This document shows, in pieces, positions 38,777 through 52,507 of a DNA stretch of 64,000 nucleotides. The translations under genes were made by a program, and so were the position numbers. The stretch spans positions 10,664,001 to 10,728,000 of the forward strand of contig CM102285.1 in assembly GCA_046563655.1 (NCBI GenBank), written 5' to 3'. The stretch comes from Yuukianura sp. NJ FZ-2021 (taxonomy: Eukaryota). The notes under the pieces were generated by a model. That model was given only the letters and a program-made list of their open reading frames with translations, ran no database searches and had not been told where the DNA came from. Positions within the stretch are counted from its first letter, which is position 1, and each line of letters starts with the position of its first letter.

Positions 38777-41700
38777 TTAGTCTTGAGTGTCAAAACGATG
38801 CTGGCAGTCACAAGCACAGGCGGTGATGACAGGATGCCTTATTGGAATCCATCGACACTTCTTGGCCTTTTCATAGTCTTGACAGATCCATCGGAGAAGA
38901 ACCTGTCAAAGTTTCAGGATTAATGAAATTCAAACGGGAAAAATGATTTTCTTAAGGTTCAAATACGAAATCTCCTGCAGACATAGGGAAAGCAGTCTGT
39001 TTAGGTTTTCGGCGCTTGGTTCCTATTTGTAGACAGGGTTTGTTAAAATAACAATGGGATTTGTTGTTTCCAGACCAGGAGAGACGCATTGTTCTATTAG
39101 TGTAACATGCAAAATAGGATCTGAACAGGGAGAAACAATAGAGTGGAGAACAATTAAATTCGAGTAGATTCAGGAGCTCGTGATCTTCGGAGGCGCCGAC
39201 AGTTTTTACCACTTCTGGGTTTTGAATTCAATGGATTTTTTAATTTTCCGTTGTTTTAAGGCTGTTTTTAGTCTTAAAATTTTCGTAGGGGGTTGAAATA
39301 AAAAATGTTTTTTGAATTTTTGTTACCTTGTATTCTGCTTCAGAGGGACTGCAGGTCATTGACGGAGGAATGGAGCATGACCTTTCACTTTCGCAGTGAC
39401 CTTCCTTGAGCCATCGTGGCCAAAACCTGACTCCTAGATCTCTCCATTTGAGGAAGACAGGACAGGCTGTGTAGGCCCAAAGGAATTGAACCAACTTTCT
39501 CTTCAGTTTTGGGGAAATTCTTGTCCGGAGCTTACTGCCTAATAAGTTTAGAAAGTGTTCAAAGTTTTAGAAATTTGAGAAAGTTGTAATTATGCAAGTA
39601 GTTTTTGGAAATTTTTGACACCTTACCGTCAGGCATGGGAATGGCACCATACTGTATATTTTTGATTGACTGGGGAATCTGCAACAAATTTTCCTGAAGT
39701 TTCATAAAATTTGGAAATTTTAAGGGAGTGAAAGCATTTGGGTGCTGGTGAAAGTTGTTTACCTCTCCAAGAGGGACTAAGCGTCCACTTCTGTTTCTCT
39801 TATAAGGAAAGTTGACACTTCCATTTCGATTTGTGAGGAGGTCATATGGTTTTCGAATGCTCATCACTTCGGGGTCAAAGTTTGACCCCAGTTTGAGCCT
39901 CAGGACACGGACGTCCAAGTCTTCTGGTTTCGGATCATATTTTGCTCCCATAGGTTCCTAGAATTTTTTTTTTTCAAAATTTTGAGATGTTGAGGGTCAA
40001 ACGAGGAATTGAGCTTCTTCCAAAACGTATAGAGTAATGGATATTCGGATTTTAGTTGAATTTCATTTACATTATGTTGGATTTTTACCTGCAGTTTCAT
40101 AACACCGAAATCTTTAGACGGAACGGGACGTTGGTCAGGTCTGTCACTCCAGTAATTATTGCTTTTGTGATGGTTACTGGGAGTGGACATGACCTCGGAC
40201 ATTTCAATTAGCATCATGAGAACACTTCCACTGAATAAACAACATGGGCTTGACGTATGTATTTTCTAAAAAAATCAAAGAAAAAAAGTTGCAGACATGA
40301 GTTTGAATCAAGTACAAGTAATATTTATTTGTGGGAAGGGAACGAATTTGAGGCGTAGTTTTTGAAGCCACACGTTTCCCACACCTTTCAAATTAGCAAG
40401 ATTTTTAGCACATGATGGCTTGATTGCCTGAGACCCACTTCATGGAAGAAGAGTCAATTCATTCACGTTGAAGGTGTTGTTGTTCCCAGGCCTTCACTTT
40501 GGAGGTCAAAACGCCGTGTTCGTTTCCAATGACATTGGGTCATTGGGTATGATGTAGTTCTTTTAATTAGGATAAGACGTATTTCCTATGTCTACATAAC
40601 TTAAGATGGAGAGGATTACAATAACTTGTATGAGAGCAGAAATGGAGGCGTGACGGGGGAGATCAAACTGGAGCTGTAAATTACAGGATAGTAATTAAAA
40701 CGACGAATGCTCTTGCATAACATTTTTTTTTTAGAATTTGGCTTTACAAGTACGACGCTTCGTTCGTACCTTGCTAACTAGAATTTGTGAAATTATTTTT
40801 TACTTGAGGGGAGAAAAAGAGAAAATTTTAAAGATGAAACAGGTTTGAATTAATATTGATGATCAGTTTTTTTTAGGAAAGAAAAAAGTTTGAGCGAATA
40901 TGTTCTTTTTATGCCTTTTTTTTTGAAATGATGAAAGTGTTTTGAGGAATTGTCAATTTCATGAAGCAGAGGAGTCCAGTGATGGGGTAGGTTTGGTCTC
41001 ATTTAAAATGCATTTTAGGGTGTGGTTTTGTACATATTTTTTGATAGGTGCTAGGCCTAATGTACATAGTATGGTAATTTGGATTTGTTTTAGAATTTTA
41101 TACCACTTTTTCACCTTGTTGATCTACGGGACACCGTGACTTTAGTTGTACTCTTGTACCTTCCACCTCACTAAAGACATGACCTTTGTAAAAAGCTCTA
41201 AATGCTTAGCCTTATATTCACCCTAACCGGAGGACATTTCATTCATAACTTTTTTGGCAAAGTAACACCAAAAATGAGTTACAACTTAAAGGAATTGGCT
41301 GAAATGAATGAGTCTTGCTTTTAAAAGAAAATACTACGAATTATTATTAAATTGTCCCTACTTGACATTTCAAAAATTGGAAATTCAAATACCAACGCCG
41401 TTTTGACTTCCAAACTTCCGATTCGAAAGCCGAAAATTTTAATCTCTACTTGAAATCTGTGTGGAGCGGTAGCCAGTCAATAATGGTTTTGAATTTTTCA
41501 TAAGCATTTCGGTTTCGACTTGTTTTTGTTAAGTGTTTTTGTTTTGTGCAAAATCTTGAAACGCAAAATATTTTTGCTGACGTGCGCAATGTAAGTTCTG
41601 GTTTGAACAAATTACTGTGCAATGTTCAAATGTTAAAATTCCGGAATATATATACTGTGTAAAGAATTCGTATAGGAGAACAATAATTTTTCTGTTGAAT

Positions 41701-43147
41701 GAAAAAATTACTGATGTGAAACGAGAACAATTTGCAATGTGTGTATTTTTTTGCGAAGGTAGTATAATAGCCTGTGTTAAGTATCTGTTCATCTTCTGGA
41801 ACTGGATCCTGGAACTTTATGAAGGCGAGTGATGAGATCAGCATTTTATTTAGTCGCAATCGAGGCGTCTAATGGTCTAGCACAACCACACAGCTTGTGA
41901 ACTAGTCTTGAATTGTAATTAGACAAGAAGAATACCTAGGACTTCCAAATCCATGTTACAAGTCATCTTCAACGTCAGCACTAATTCATAAAGCTCTTTT
42001 GCAGCAATTAGGGTGCTGAGTGGATCATACGATGATCTGATCTTGTAGAATGATAAAAAGTGTGAATCTAAATACTGACCTTACGTCATTGGCCCCATCA
42101 AAATTACTATCTCGCAGTATGAATTATTATTACTTTATCGTATTCAAAGTTCAAAACTCTAGTAGTTTCTTAAACCGATAATAACATAACCAAATTTTTG
42201 CAAAATTTTATACAAACGGGATAATAATAGTAGGGTATCGGATTTTTATAGTTTCTTTTTCCGTTAACCGTTGGAATTGCAAATGCAAAGCTAGAAATTT
42301 TGCGAGTCCTTCACATTTTTAAATGTAGACATTGTTTTATATGGTAGTAAGTTAAAAGAAAGCCGTAAAGAAAATGTGCAAATGCTACAACACGACCATG
42401 TAGAGAAGCTCATTCATTTTTAAGCAAAATGATAAGTGAGGGAAGTGTTGCTCAATTAAATTTAATAAAACTACGCTAGGAGCCATAAAGGCCAAGCCAT
42501 AAACTAAAGTAGTTTGACTACCAAAGTGCTCCATTTCTTGGAAATGTTCTGTTTTTCAAAAGAAAAAATTGAAGTGAAAATAATAAGAGTGTTATTCGTA
42601 CAAAGTAGTTTAGGGGATTAATCTGATTTTGGTGAAAATGAAGCAACTTTGTAAATTTTTTGGACCCATTTCCAAAATTGAATGTAAATGAAAGTGAGTC
42701 ATAAGCCTCAAGAAGGAGTTTTGTTTTAGGGAAGAAAGATAATTAGCTCCATTCTCACACTTTTGGGAAGATTATGATCTCCTATTATTATTATTACATT
42801 ATTATTCATATACCCTAGGAAATTGTTCAGTGAGGCAGGAACCTGTGAAGTTCAAATTTTTGGTTTCCAAACTCCCACATACGAACAACGGATATGGTTG
42901 CTGTTCCCAATGAACTGAGCATTTTTGATGTTCAATTTAGAAAACAAAAGTACTTTCGATATGTGTTCTGTTTTTTTTTATATTTAATTTGACATGATTA
43001 TTTAGGGTTTAAATTTTGCTTCACCACGCGAGACGTAGTTGCGTTGAAATTTTATTAATTTTTGAAGAAACTTTTGAGGTTTCGAATTTGGACTTTTCAG
43101 TTTTTGAACTGAGTTTGGAATATTTATTGAAACTTTAATCTTACCAT
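38777..43147 (-). CDS. nog: Noggin (secreted cystine-knot BMP antagonist), 6 coding exons
   Basis: Exons 43145-43147 (ATG only, less certain), 40089-40265, 39763-39957, 39627-39678, 39327-39538, 38777-38902. Protein has RPVPS..YDPKPEDL..LGSNFDPEVMS, CPVFLKWRDLGVRFWPRWLKEGHC, CSIPPSMTC, LRWIC, CRWIPIRHPVITACACDC. Confidence 0.93.
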
Positions 43148-44594
43148 GATTAATTATCCAAGTTTGAAGTCTGAATTCCAAAGAGTGAGTCGATTAGATT
43201 AATTTTCCAGTAGGAGGGTGTTTTTCGCACTTTCACTGTCAAAAAACCATTGGAAGGCGGCGTGATGGAAATTTTCAACTTTCTAAGAACATTTTGTGAC
43301 ACTTGGAGCGTGGCGGAGAAAGCTGTCAGTTTACATTTTTTTTATCACTTTTTTGAAATTCTGAGTTTGGCGATAACGCTTTCTCCTTTTCACATTTTTT
43401 GTGTAGCAGGGTTTCGAAAGAGATTTTCTTAGTTTTGGAAAAACCAACTTATTCTTGTCACTAGATTTTGGAGAAATCCAATTTAAAATTGAAATTTTTT
43501 GAGAAATGATTTTGCGAAGGACAACTATATGAAAGTCTTGTTCATTTTGAATGTTTGAAATTAATGCGAGTGAAGCTATTTGCACTTAATCAAAGGAAAA
43601 ACTTGCCCAAAAAAGCATGGAAGGTGTTGTTGATCTGTGGGGGAAGATCAAAGGTCTCCACTCCATCATTCCTCAGAAGGAGATGTTGGACTGATGAGGA
43701 GAAGCCGAATCCTTTGACTTCACCATAGTAGTCACCAGCATCCCATGGACCCAACCAACCAATCTCAGCCTCCTTTCAAAGGAAATACAAACTCTAACAC
43801 ATCTTCAAGGAATGTCAAATATTTCCAGAATGCTAAACAGAAATGCTTTCACCCGAAAAATTAAATTGATTCGGCGAAATAATAAAAAAAAGTGTTTTTA
43901 GGAATCCTCGTTTCTTGTAATTATAAAAAGAAAGAAGAGCGATAAAATAGAAAGCAGTTTTTATTTCCTTTTTGTGAATTCGAGAAGGAAATCAAAAATT
44001 TTGACTCTCTTACTTCGCTTTTCTTTAACTTTCTTTTTAGCATCCCATTTGTTGCAAAGACACATCTTTTTTCGTAAGTATGGAAAACTTTTGAAAAATA
44101 TTGAATTGTACGAGCGGTACTAAAGCAATTTCTGAAAGCTTCGAACGTAGCTATGAGATTTTGTTAAAGAAAGGGAAGGGCTGGACAGATTTGAAGCATT
44201 TTGATTTAAAATTGACGCTTTATTTGTCCGTAACGATTTAAACTTTTAGAATGAGTCGATGATGAATTCTTAGGTTGCTAAAGATTTCCTTAACGTCTAA
44301 TTTGTCATTTTGAGAACAATTTTTTGGGTACACAGAAACATCAATTGCTGGATCCCTAAGAACAAACTAATGTTTTTGTGTTCGACCTATATTTGTTTGG
44401 TTGTTTAAATACTTTTAATCCATGATCCAAATAAATTGTGCCGCCGCTGTCCGGAATCCCCATCTCTAGCAATATCCCATCTTTCAAAATTCCAAAAGCT
44501 GTGCAACTTCTCGAAGCCTTCTCCTTAGCATGTTTTCTATCCTCTGCACCTCGTGACCTTTGACCCTAATAGTGTGTAAGGTGATTGTTATAGT

Positions 44595-46540
44595 CTAGAG
44601 ACCTTCGTCAAAGTCTGTGCCAAAGCCATCGGCAAATCCAAGGTCAAATCCATTCAGTTCCCCATCTTCAATCCCTTCCCCCAGGACACTGGAGAAGGCT
44701 GCTGCATCATTGAGTCGTATGACGTCGTCACTTACGGAGCTTAGCATTGGATTTCGGCCAATACTGTTTGGAGTATTGGTCATACTGGATAAACCAGAGT
44801 CTAGCTCGTTGTCCTGGATGTAGTAGAGCGGAACTGATTGACTGCGCAGTACGGATATGGACGACGGTGAGATGTTCGTCGCCTGTTCCGAGTTGACCGA
44901 AGAGTAGTGTCGGTGACGCTTTAGCGGCTGAAACTTTGAATTTGAATTTGACGTGAGTAGTTGTCGTAGGTGGGGCCATTGCGGTGGGGAAGTTGTCGTG
45001 GTTGGAGTTGTTGATGGGGTCAGCGGACTGTCAGTCCTGAAAGTTTAAAACAGAGGATCTGCAAATCCAGCTTGCCGAACTAAATCATACTCCGAAAATA
45101 CTTAGGAATGGCTGGGAAAATTTTTCATTCGGAAGCATTAGAATACAATGAATTCGAGTTTCTTGAGCTCAGGAATTTTTTAGTATATTGAATTTTGTGA
45201 GCATAATTTCATAAGATGTGGAAGTGGAAATTGCTTAAATTGAAATCACCTGAAATACATAGCCATTTCGTCACAACTGTCCTCTCTTTTCAAAATTCCT
45301 TTTTCGATTACCGTGGATGGACTCTGTAAAATTTAGTTGAAAAAGAATTTCGAAATTCAAAAATTTTGGAAAATGATTTGACGTTCTGTATGATTCTGTA
45401 GTAGACGTACCTCTAACCGCTTCTGCGTGCATCGAACCTTTCCATTTGAATAGCTTTTGTCTACGCTGCCATTGTGAAGAACTTGACCTTGCTGCGTGAG
45501 TAGCAGTCCAACTTCTTCGAGTGACTTGAACTCTGCACTGAACAGTTTTCCCATTGACTGTAGGAAAGCTGACGTGGAGAGTTCTTCGGTTGGTTCCACC
45601 GGGGGGATTTGGGGAAGTTGTGGCTCATCGGGCTTCGTTTTCCGCCGAATATTTGCATAGCAGTATCTTGACTGACCTCGTTGGCCTAACCGACGAGCTT
45701 TGACCTGCAACATGTGAAAAATCTGTAGATTGCGTAAGGTCGAGGGTCATTTCGCTCTTTGTATAAGATTATAGTTACAATCGTTTTACTTTGGTAGGTT
45801 AGTAAGTTCTACCTTTTGAAATACTTGTCGTACGACTTTGCCGAAATCTGCCGTTGACACCGGTTTTACACCTTTCTCAGTTGCATGATCACGATACATT
45901 GCATAAACCTAGAAAGAATGGAATCATTCTGTTAGCTCCATTTGTGGTCAACCATATCTTTGTAATGGAAATTTTTGCTGCAGTTCAACCACAGACACAA
46001 AAATCTCCTATGAATTATCAGACACTTTCTGAAATTATAAAATAGATTTGTTTTAAGGACGCGTTGGGTATTCATTTTGAAATGAAGCAAGATTTTTGTC
46101 GAATTTATGAGAAATTTTGAAATTGATAACCTCTTCTTTTGGCAGTGCCACCATTTCATCTTCTACAAAATTAGCTCTCAACCAATTTCTAGTATCCTCC
46201 AGCTCTAGTCTAGTAGGGGGTCTGGAAAATTAAACAAAAGGAAATTAATTAATTTAATTAACACCTTGGACTTGGCCTTAAACTAAATAGTTATTTTAGT
46301 TAATTGTTGTTGAGTGACATACCCTCCTCCAATCCTGGTTAAAAATAGAATTTGTTCCGACTTGTTTAAGTTCTTGAAAGAGTCCACTAGGGAATTGACT
46401 TTGGAATTGTCCGTAGGTTCAAACTGAATGCCATTGTTGGGACTATTTGTACTCAGAATATTGTTTAAATTGATTGAGCGAAGAGCATCCATTCCTCGTC
46501 CTTGAGTGTCAGAATTGTCGTTGGATGGTGTGTGTAAATC
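44595..46540 (-). CDS. RFX winged-helix transcription factor, RFX5/RFX7 subgroup (true start uncertain)
   Basis: Exons ~46322-46540, 46131-46221, 45813-45908, 45411-45705, 45250-45323, 44595-45036 splice in frame to WLRANFVEDEMVALPKEEVYAMYRDHATEKGVKPVSTADFGKVVRQVFQKVKARRLGQRGQSRYCYANIRRK, an RFX DNA-binding domain. Confidence 0.9.
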
Positions 46541-47499
46541 CTAGTTAACTAGAGTATGTCTATCAGTATTTAATTAATTCCCAATTAGTTTAAGTGAGTA
46601 GAAGTGTTCGAATGGAGAAGTGTCAGGGGGAAGTGGATACTGGAAGTGGACCCCTCTTACTGCCGTTCAGTCAGAATCAATTGGACTTCTCTACAGCTGC
46701 CTTCTGCTGTGCCTAAAGAGAGCAGAAGACCTCTAGCTTATTCCCTATACATTTTCCCTGTATTCCATTTTCATATTATTCCAAATTCATAGTGAAACCC
46801 ACACGGTGTAGATGGTACTCTGCGTCGGGATTAGTTTACTCCATTGTATCTTCTTTAAACACGAGCTTTTTGGGTTAGGTAATTGTGCTAACCGAACAAG
46901 TTATGAGATGTCCACAGGTTCTGCTGGAGAACTTTTTTTTTGGTAATTGGTAGATTTTAGCAGGTTTTGAGACCAAATTTACGGCCTAACAAGTCTAACT
47001 CGAAGTTAGATAATTGTGTGGTTTGTGTAAAAACTGGAATCATTTTGAAATTAATGGGAAGGTTGACTTTATTTCAAGAAAAGTTGAATTTTCATCTAGA
47101 TTTGACCTTAAAGAAGTCCAGTTTTGGATTTTTGAATTAATTTAAAAACGAGATATCGTGGGTTTGTTAAGTCTTATTTCGCGTGTGTTGAAATGTTGCA
47201 GTTTTAGTGAAAACATAAAGTTAGATTTCAATTTCACAAAAAAAAACTTTCACTTTTGATTATGACGCGACTTCAAATAATTTTGTACGTTACAAAGGCT
47301 GACATTGGGACTGGAAATGCTGACGAAGCAAATGATTTTTGATAAATCGTGTATTTACTGCGAATATTTGACATTTGGAGTGAAATTTCAGCAGAATTTT
47401 GAAATTTTTGATACTAAAGCCTAGGTTTTCCCTTTAGTATATTTTTGCTTTACTTTCACCTCAATTTACCATTTTTACAAAATATGTTTGAATTCGAAT

Positions 47500-49833
47500 T
47501 TATGAAAATGTCTTGGTTTGTTGGAACAAAGTTCCATTGGAACTGGGACTTGTGATGTCCCCTCCAATGTTGTAAATTTTCATCATGTCCTCTGACATGG
47601 ACTTCAAAGCTGCAAAAGTTTCCTTTCCAGAAGGAACAATGTTCTGTGGTGGGAGGAGAAATCCGTTCCTAAAGTGAAAGTTTAGAAAAGTCAAAGGAAA
47701 TGAAAAAGTATTGATCCCGCTGGAATTGATGACTTGCTTTGCTCCACTGAAGGAACCAACAACCCGTACTTTACAATGTTCTTACCGTCCAGTGTCCCTG
47801 AGCTCAAAAGCATAAGAATACTTGACTCCAGCGACGGCTTTGGCCCAATCGAAACTCCCTGGAACACAGAGTACATACGAGAAAATTTTCAATTTGGACT
47901 AATTTCAAATTCTGAAATTCCAATATTGATTCTAGTGGTTCGTACCTCCAGCCGCAGCGTAGAGCATTTCGGCTGTTGCTCCAGCCTTGTATTTCGTTCC
48001 ATACTGGGCTTCAAGGGCAGCTAGCGCCTTCGTTCCCACGGCCATCTTTAACATGAAAAAAAAATTGTCAGGGAAAGGCAAATTTCGCAATTGCGGTAGA
48101 AATTTAGGCATAATTTTTTCTAACCAGCTCTGCATAGTCGTCGCTCCTGATAGAATCGTATGCCCAGGGAAGCAGCAAGAGCTAAATTTTTAATTGATTT
48201 TCAAAACTTAAAATCGAAAAAGTGTTTGAAGCTTAGATTTTGGAAATTTTCTCCAAATGAATTTCAGTTTTAACATAATTCAGCAATTAATTGTCAAACC
48301 TGGGAGTAACTGTGGAAAGTGAGGAAAAGCTTGAGGCGGTCTTTGATGGTCAAGAGAAAGTTTTGTGAGGATTCCACTTCCGGTTCAGAGGCAGGTTTCT
48401 CTCCATGATAAATTGGAGAGCATTGACTGTTAGAGGTGCCTTTACCTAAAATTTGCAGGATATCATTGATGTATTTATATTGATTTTTCACATTATCAAA
48501 ATACATTAATGAATAATTAACAGAAAGCTAAACAACCTCCCCATTTGTAGTCCCAGTTTCTGTTTGGATCTGCTCCTCTACAGAAGCCGAAAAGGTTAGT
48601 AAACCCGGGTCTTTTGGAGGTTGAGCAAGTTTTTCTCCACATTCGATCCTTGAGCCAAAATTTTAAGAAGTGTTAATTATGAGATCATGTTTGCCGGTAA
48701 TATTTTTTACTTACGTTTTTCATTGTGAAAGCGTATCCATCTTAAATCAAAAATTGAATTAACTCTTCAATTAAATTGGTTTATTTTAAGTTTGACAAAA
48801 TGGTTACCCGGATTCATAAGTGGCACAATGTAATAGTCGAAGTTGTCTACGAGTCGTTGCGTTCTCCTTCGGGTAGCTTCCAAGATGAGTTCGTTTGCCA
48901 TATAAGTAACAGTGGCTTTTCAAAAATTATGAAATGAAGCTTAATTTTTGAATTTTGCCTGCATTGGCGAATTTTGATTTGCGAAGAATTTTTATTTACC
49001 AGGAGAGATCCATTCTCTTGCATGGATTCCTCCGTCGATCCATATTGCTGAACGATTGTTAGCGTCTGATCCGGTAGCGGAAGAAATTTTCATGACTTTC
49101 ATTGCCCGTCCTTCCGTAGACATGCCGAATGTGCTGACGGTGACTAGAGCTGGGTATTTTGCTGCCATTGAGTCCATCCAATCGTGAATCTATTTTTGCA
49201 AAAGTAAAATTATTCCTGGAGGTTTGAAATTTTTGATTTGTTACTACTAGATTTGATTTTTTTTTTGTCTTGCCGTTTCGACTGTGTGGTAGTTCTCCCA
49301 TGTCATCCTCGTATTTCCTCGCATTAGATAATTTGACTTTTCAAAAGTAACTACACTACATGGGGAAACGCAAAATAAAAGTTTTAACTAAATACTCCTT
49401 ATAATGTGCTTTTCTCAATCAATTACTTCAATACAATCAATCTTCTTCTTCATTCAACTAGCTAACTAAATTTTTCTGGCCAATTCATCGCTTACTCTTG
49501 AAGATTTTTGTAGATGACATCGAAATCAACTCCAATGATTCCCAAGAAAGTTTTGAAGCTGGCTACCCAGTGTGGCGGAACCATGACATCTGTTGAAGAT
49601 ACCATGCTAGGTGGACTCCAGAAGTCATACTGTTCTGACAAGTAGACACTTTTGATTTGTTCAAATGCATTTCTCGTGTTGACATTAAGTCGAAGGACTT
49701 GGTACCCTTCGTAAGATTTTACTACGTCTCTGGACCGAATTGTCGAAAACAGACAGGCTAAAGTTGGAAGAAGACAAGGGGACGTGGAGATATTCGTAGA
49801 GGGCGCTAAGGTGGACGTGGCCAGAGACTCCAT
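47500..49833 (-). CDS. M14A zinc procarboxypeptidase 1 (Phe at S1' position 255; CPA-like)
   Basis: Pro-domain YEGYQVLR..DFW..DVMVPP; GGIHAREWIS, GADPNRNW, SEPE, TFHSYSQ, YAAAGGSFDW, FELRDTG, GFLLPP. Confidence 0.93.
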
Positions 49834-50254
49834 TTGTAGATGTTGCTGAGATTATGTTCAGCAGTAACTTGAACTGGATCCAAGATACATCTTTAGCTTA
49901 TAAGTGGCGATTGATTTTAATTAATTGTTTTATTATGTTGCATTTGGCAGGTGCTAGGTAAAACCAATTGGCACTGTGGAGTACGAAATGGGATTTGACC
50001 TTCTGCGGAGGTCATTCACAGCAATTAAAACGAAGGTCGCTTCTGGAGAAAGCAGACTGCATGGTTGAATTTAAATTCTGATGTTGAAATGATTTGTAAA
50101 CTGTTCATTCAAGGATTTAGAAGCCCCAAAATTTTATTGAACCAACTTTCACCAAAGATCCGGAATTAGGAAAATTCGTTAAAGTTTGTTAATCCAAAAA
50201 TTAACTTAAACTTAAACGCTTAATTGTGGTTTACTTCATTATTATCCTGTTAGC

Positions 50255-52507
50255 TTAGAACGGGTAGTCCTTGAGGAGTTGACGAGCAATGACTTTCACT
50301 CCTTCCCATGTTTCTTCAGCCGTCGGAATGATTTCTTCTGGTGGCAGGAGAAAGCCATTTTCGCCTTTAAACAAAATTGGATTTTAAAAATCGAATTTAG
50401 ACTAAAGCAGTTTTGAAAATAAGCCCGAAAGAAGCATAAAACCTTTATCGGGAAGTTCAATGGTGAAAGGATATTTGATATCAGCTACTCCTCTGGCCCA
50501 GTCACGACTGCTTCCAGAATTCTTGTCTAAACAATTTTCATTTTCAAGAAGTGGGGCTACATATAGGACTTAAGAAAATGTTTAGCAGTGGACGTACACA
50601 GGATTTCACTGGGTGCTCCAACCAGAAATTCCGTTCCGTGAACATCTTCTATGGCTTTTATAGCTCTTTCTCCCACTTCTTTCTATTTTACCATATCAAA
50701 AATGGTTAGGTTCTCAACTTAAATTTCGTAATGTACGCGATGAGGTGAAAGATTTCGATTTGAACTGACTAGTTCGTCAATGTCGTCTGGAAGTTCATCT
50801 GTGTAGCCATAAGGAGTTAGTAGGAGTTGCGAGTAGCTGTGGAGCGTGATGTAGGCTTTGATCTTTCCTCTGTTGGCGTAGAGAAAGTTGGCAGTGGCAT
50901 TGGCTTCTGGTTCGGAGAAAGCATAGGGTCCAGGGTAGTTGTTAGCACATGGGTCATCCTTCTTCACACCATTTACTAACGAATTGACACAAATTAATTT
51001 ACCAAAGGAAAATATTTATTGGCAAAAAACTGAAACGCTTGCATGCTTGTATACCTCCCCAGTGAAAGTCAAAGTTTCGATTAGCGTCCACTCCAATACA
51101 TTCAGCTCCGTTGTGAGTCGAGCGTGTTTTTCTCCAAAGTCGATCCTGTTTCATGTTTCGGTTTAAATTTAAAGTGTTTAGGAAAGATTAAGGTCGGGCT
51201 TACTTCGGTATGAGTGTACTCGTAGCCTGAAAACACAAATGAAAGTTGGTTCAAAAATGACGCACACTTGGTTTGCGGATAGTGTGTGCAAATACGGATT
51301 TTGTTCCTCCATATTAAATATGAACATACCATCAGGGTTTAAGACGGGGACGAAGTACCAGTCAATTTCAGTAATGAGGTCACGATCTTCCACTTTGTTG
51401 CTTCTAAGTAGCTCATTCATAAAGTAGGTTGCTAAAATTAAAATGACAAAATCGATTAACTCTGCGCGATCAATTTAATACAAATGGTAACACGCTTGTT
51501 ATAACTTTAACAAAACCTGTAGCCGGTGCAATCCATTCTGGAAAGCAACACAAAAACAAAATTATTACAAATTTGGAATTTCGGTTTTCTTGAACAAGCT
51601 ATTTTTGGCAGTGTTTTTTGAACCTCTCGCGTGAATTCCTGCATCGATATAAATTACAGGCTTCCGTTTGTATCCACCCGTTGAAATCTTGACTATTTTG
51701 ATGTCCCGATTCTCCGAAGATTTTCCGATACTTGAAACTTGTACGATTTTTGGCTCTTGAAAGGAGAGACTGTCCAACCAGGCATAAATCTAAAAGTTCA
51801 GCCAAGTTAATTAAACACTTTTGAAAAAATTTATACCAAGATTTTGTAAAAGTAACTGTTTTTTTTTGCGAAATTCTTTGTATTGTGGAGTTTGAATTTA
51901 GGTTTGAGGTTAGAACATGGTTACTTAACGGTATTTAGTCGATGGTAGTTCTTCCAATTCATCGTTCCTTGCTTTCCTCTTCTTACGATAGTTTTGTCCA
52001 CGACGCTTGAAATTGAAACACAACACTATTAAATAGAACCAAGAACTTATTTTGCTGGAGGTAATTTTTTGTCTTTACCTTTGAACATCGGGAATAGAAA
52101 CGTTAAAGTCTAATCCGTTGTCATCCAAGTACTCCTTGACCTTTGACATTTCCGCGGGTGGGACCATAATTTGTGTTTTTCGTGCCAGACTTGGAGAATT
52201 CCAGAAGTCAATTTCTGGAACTTCTGTCTGAAGGTCTTCCAGGACTTGGACGTCGTCTGAATTTTCCAATTTTCTAACACTGAGAACTTTATACCTGCAT
52301 AAGCAGTTTGAATTTTGATAGGAGTTTGATTAGTAGAATTTTGAATTTATTTCATATTATTTCACATTTTCGATTTAGTTATTGACTATTAATTAATAGT
52401 AAAAATGATTCCACATACCCATTATAGCTTCGCTTGTGCAGATTTCTTGAAGATACGACGATCATACATAGGGAAATAGTCAAAACGAACAAAAATTTAG
52501 TTTCCAT
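50255..52507 (-). CDS. M14A zinc procarboxypeptidase 2 (Arg255; CPO/glutamate-carboxypeptidase-like)
   Basis: Signal peptide [20 protein letters not shown], pro-domain, [58 protein letters not shown]. Confidence 0.93.

Noticed and set aside
41860..41895. tRNA A-box-like TAATGGTCTAGCAC
   Set aside because: No B box or cloverleaf follows.
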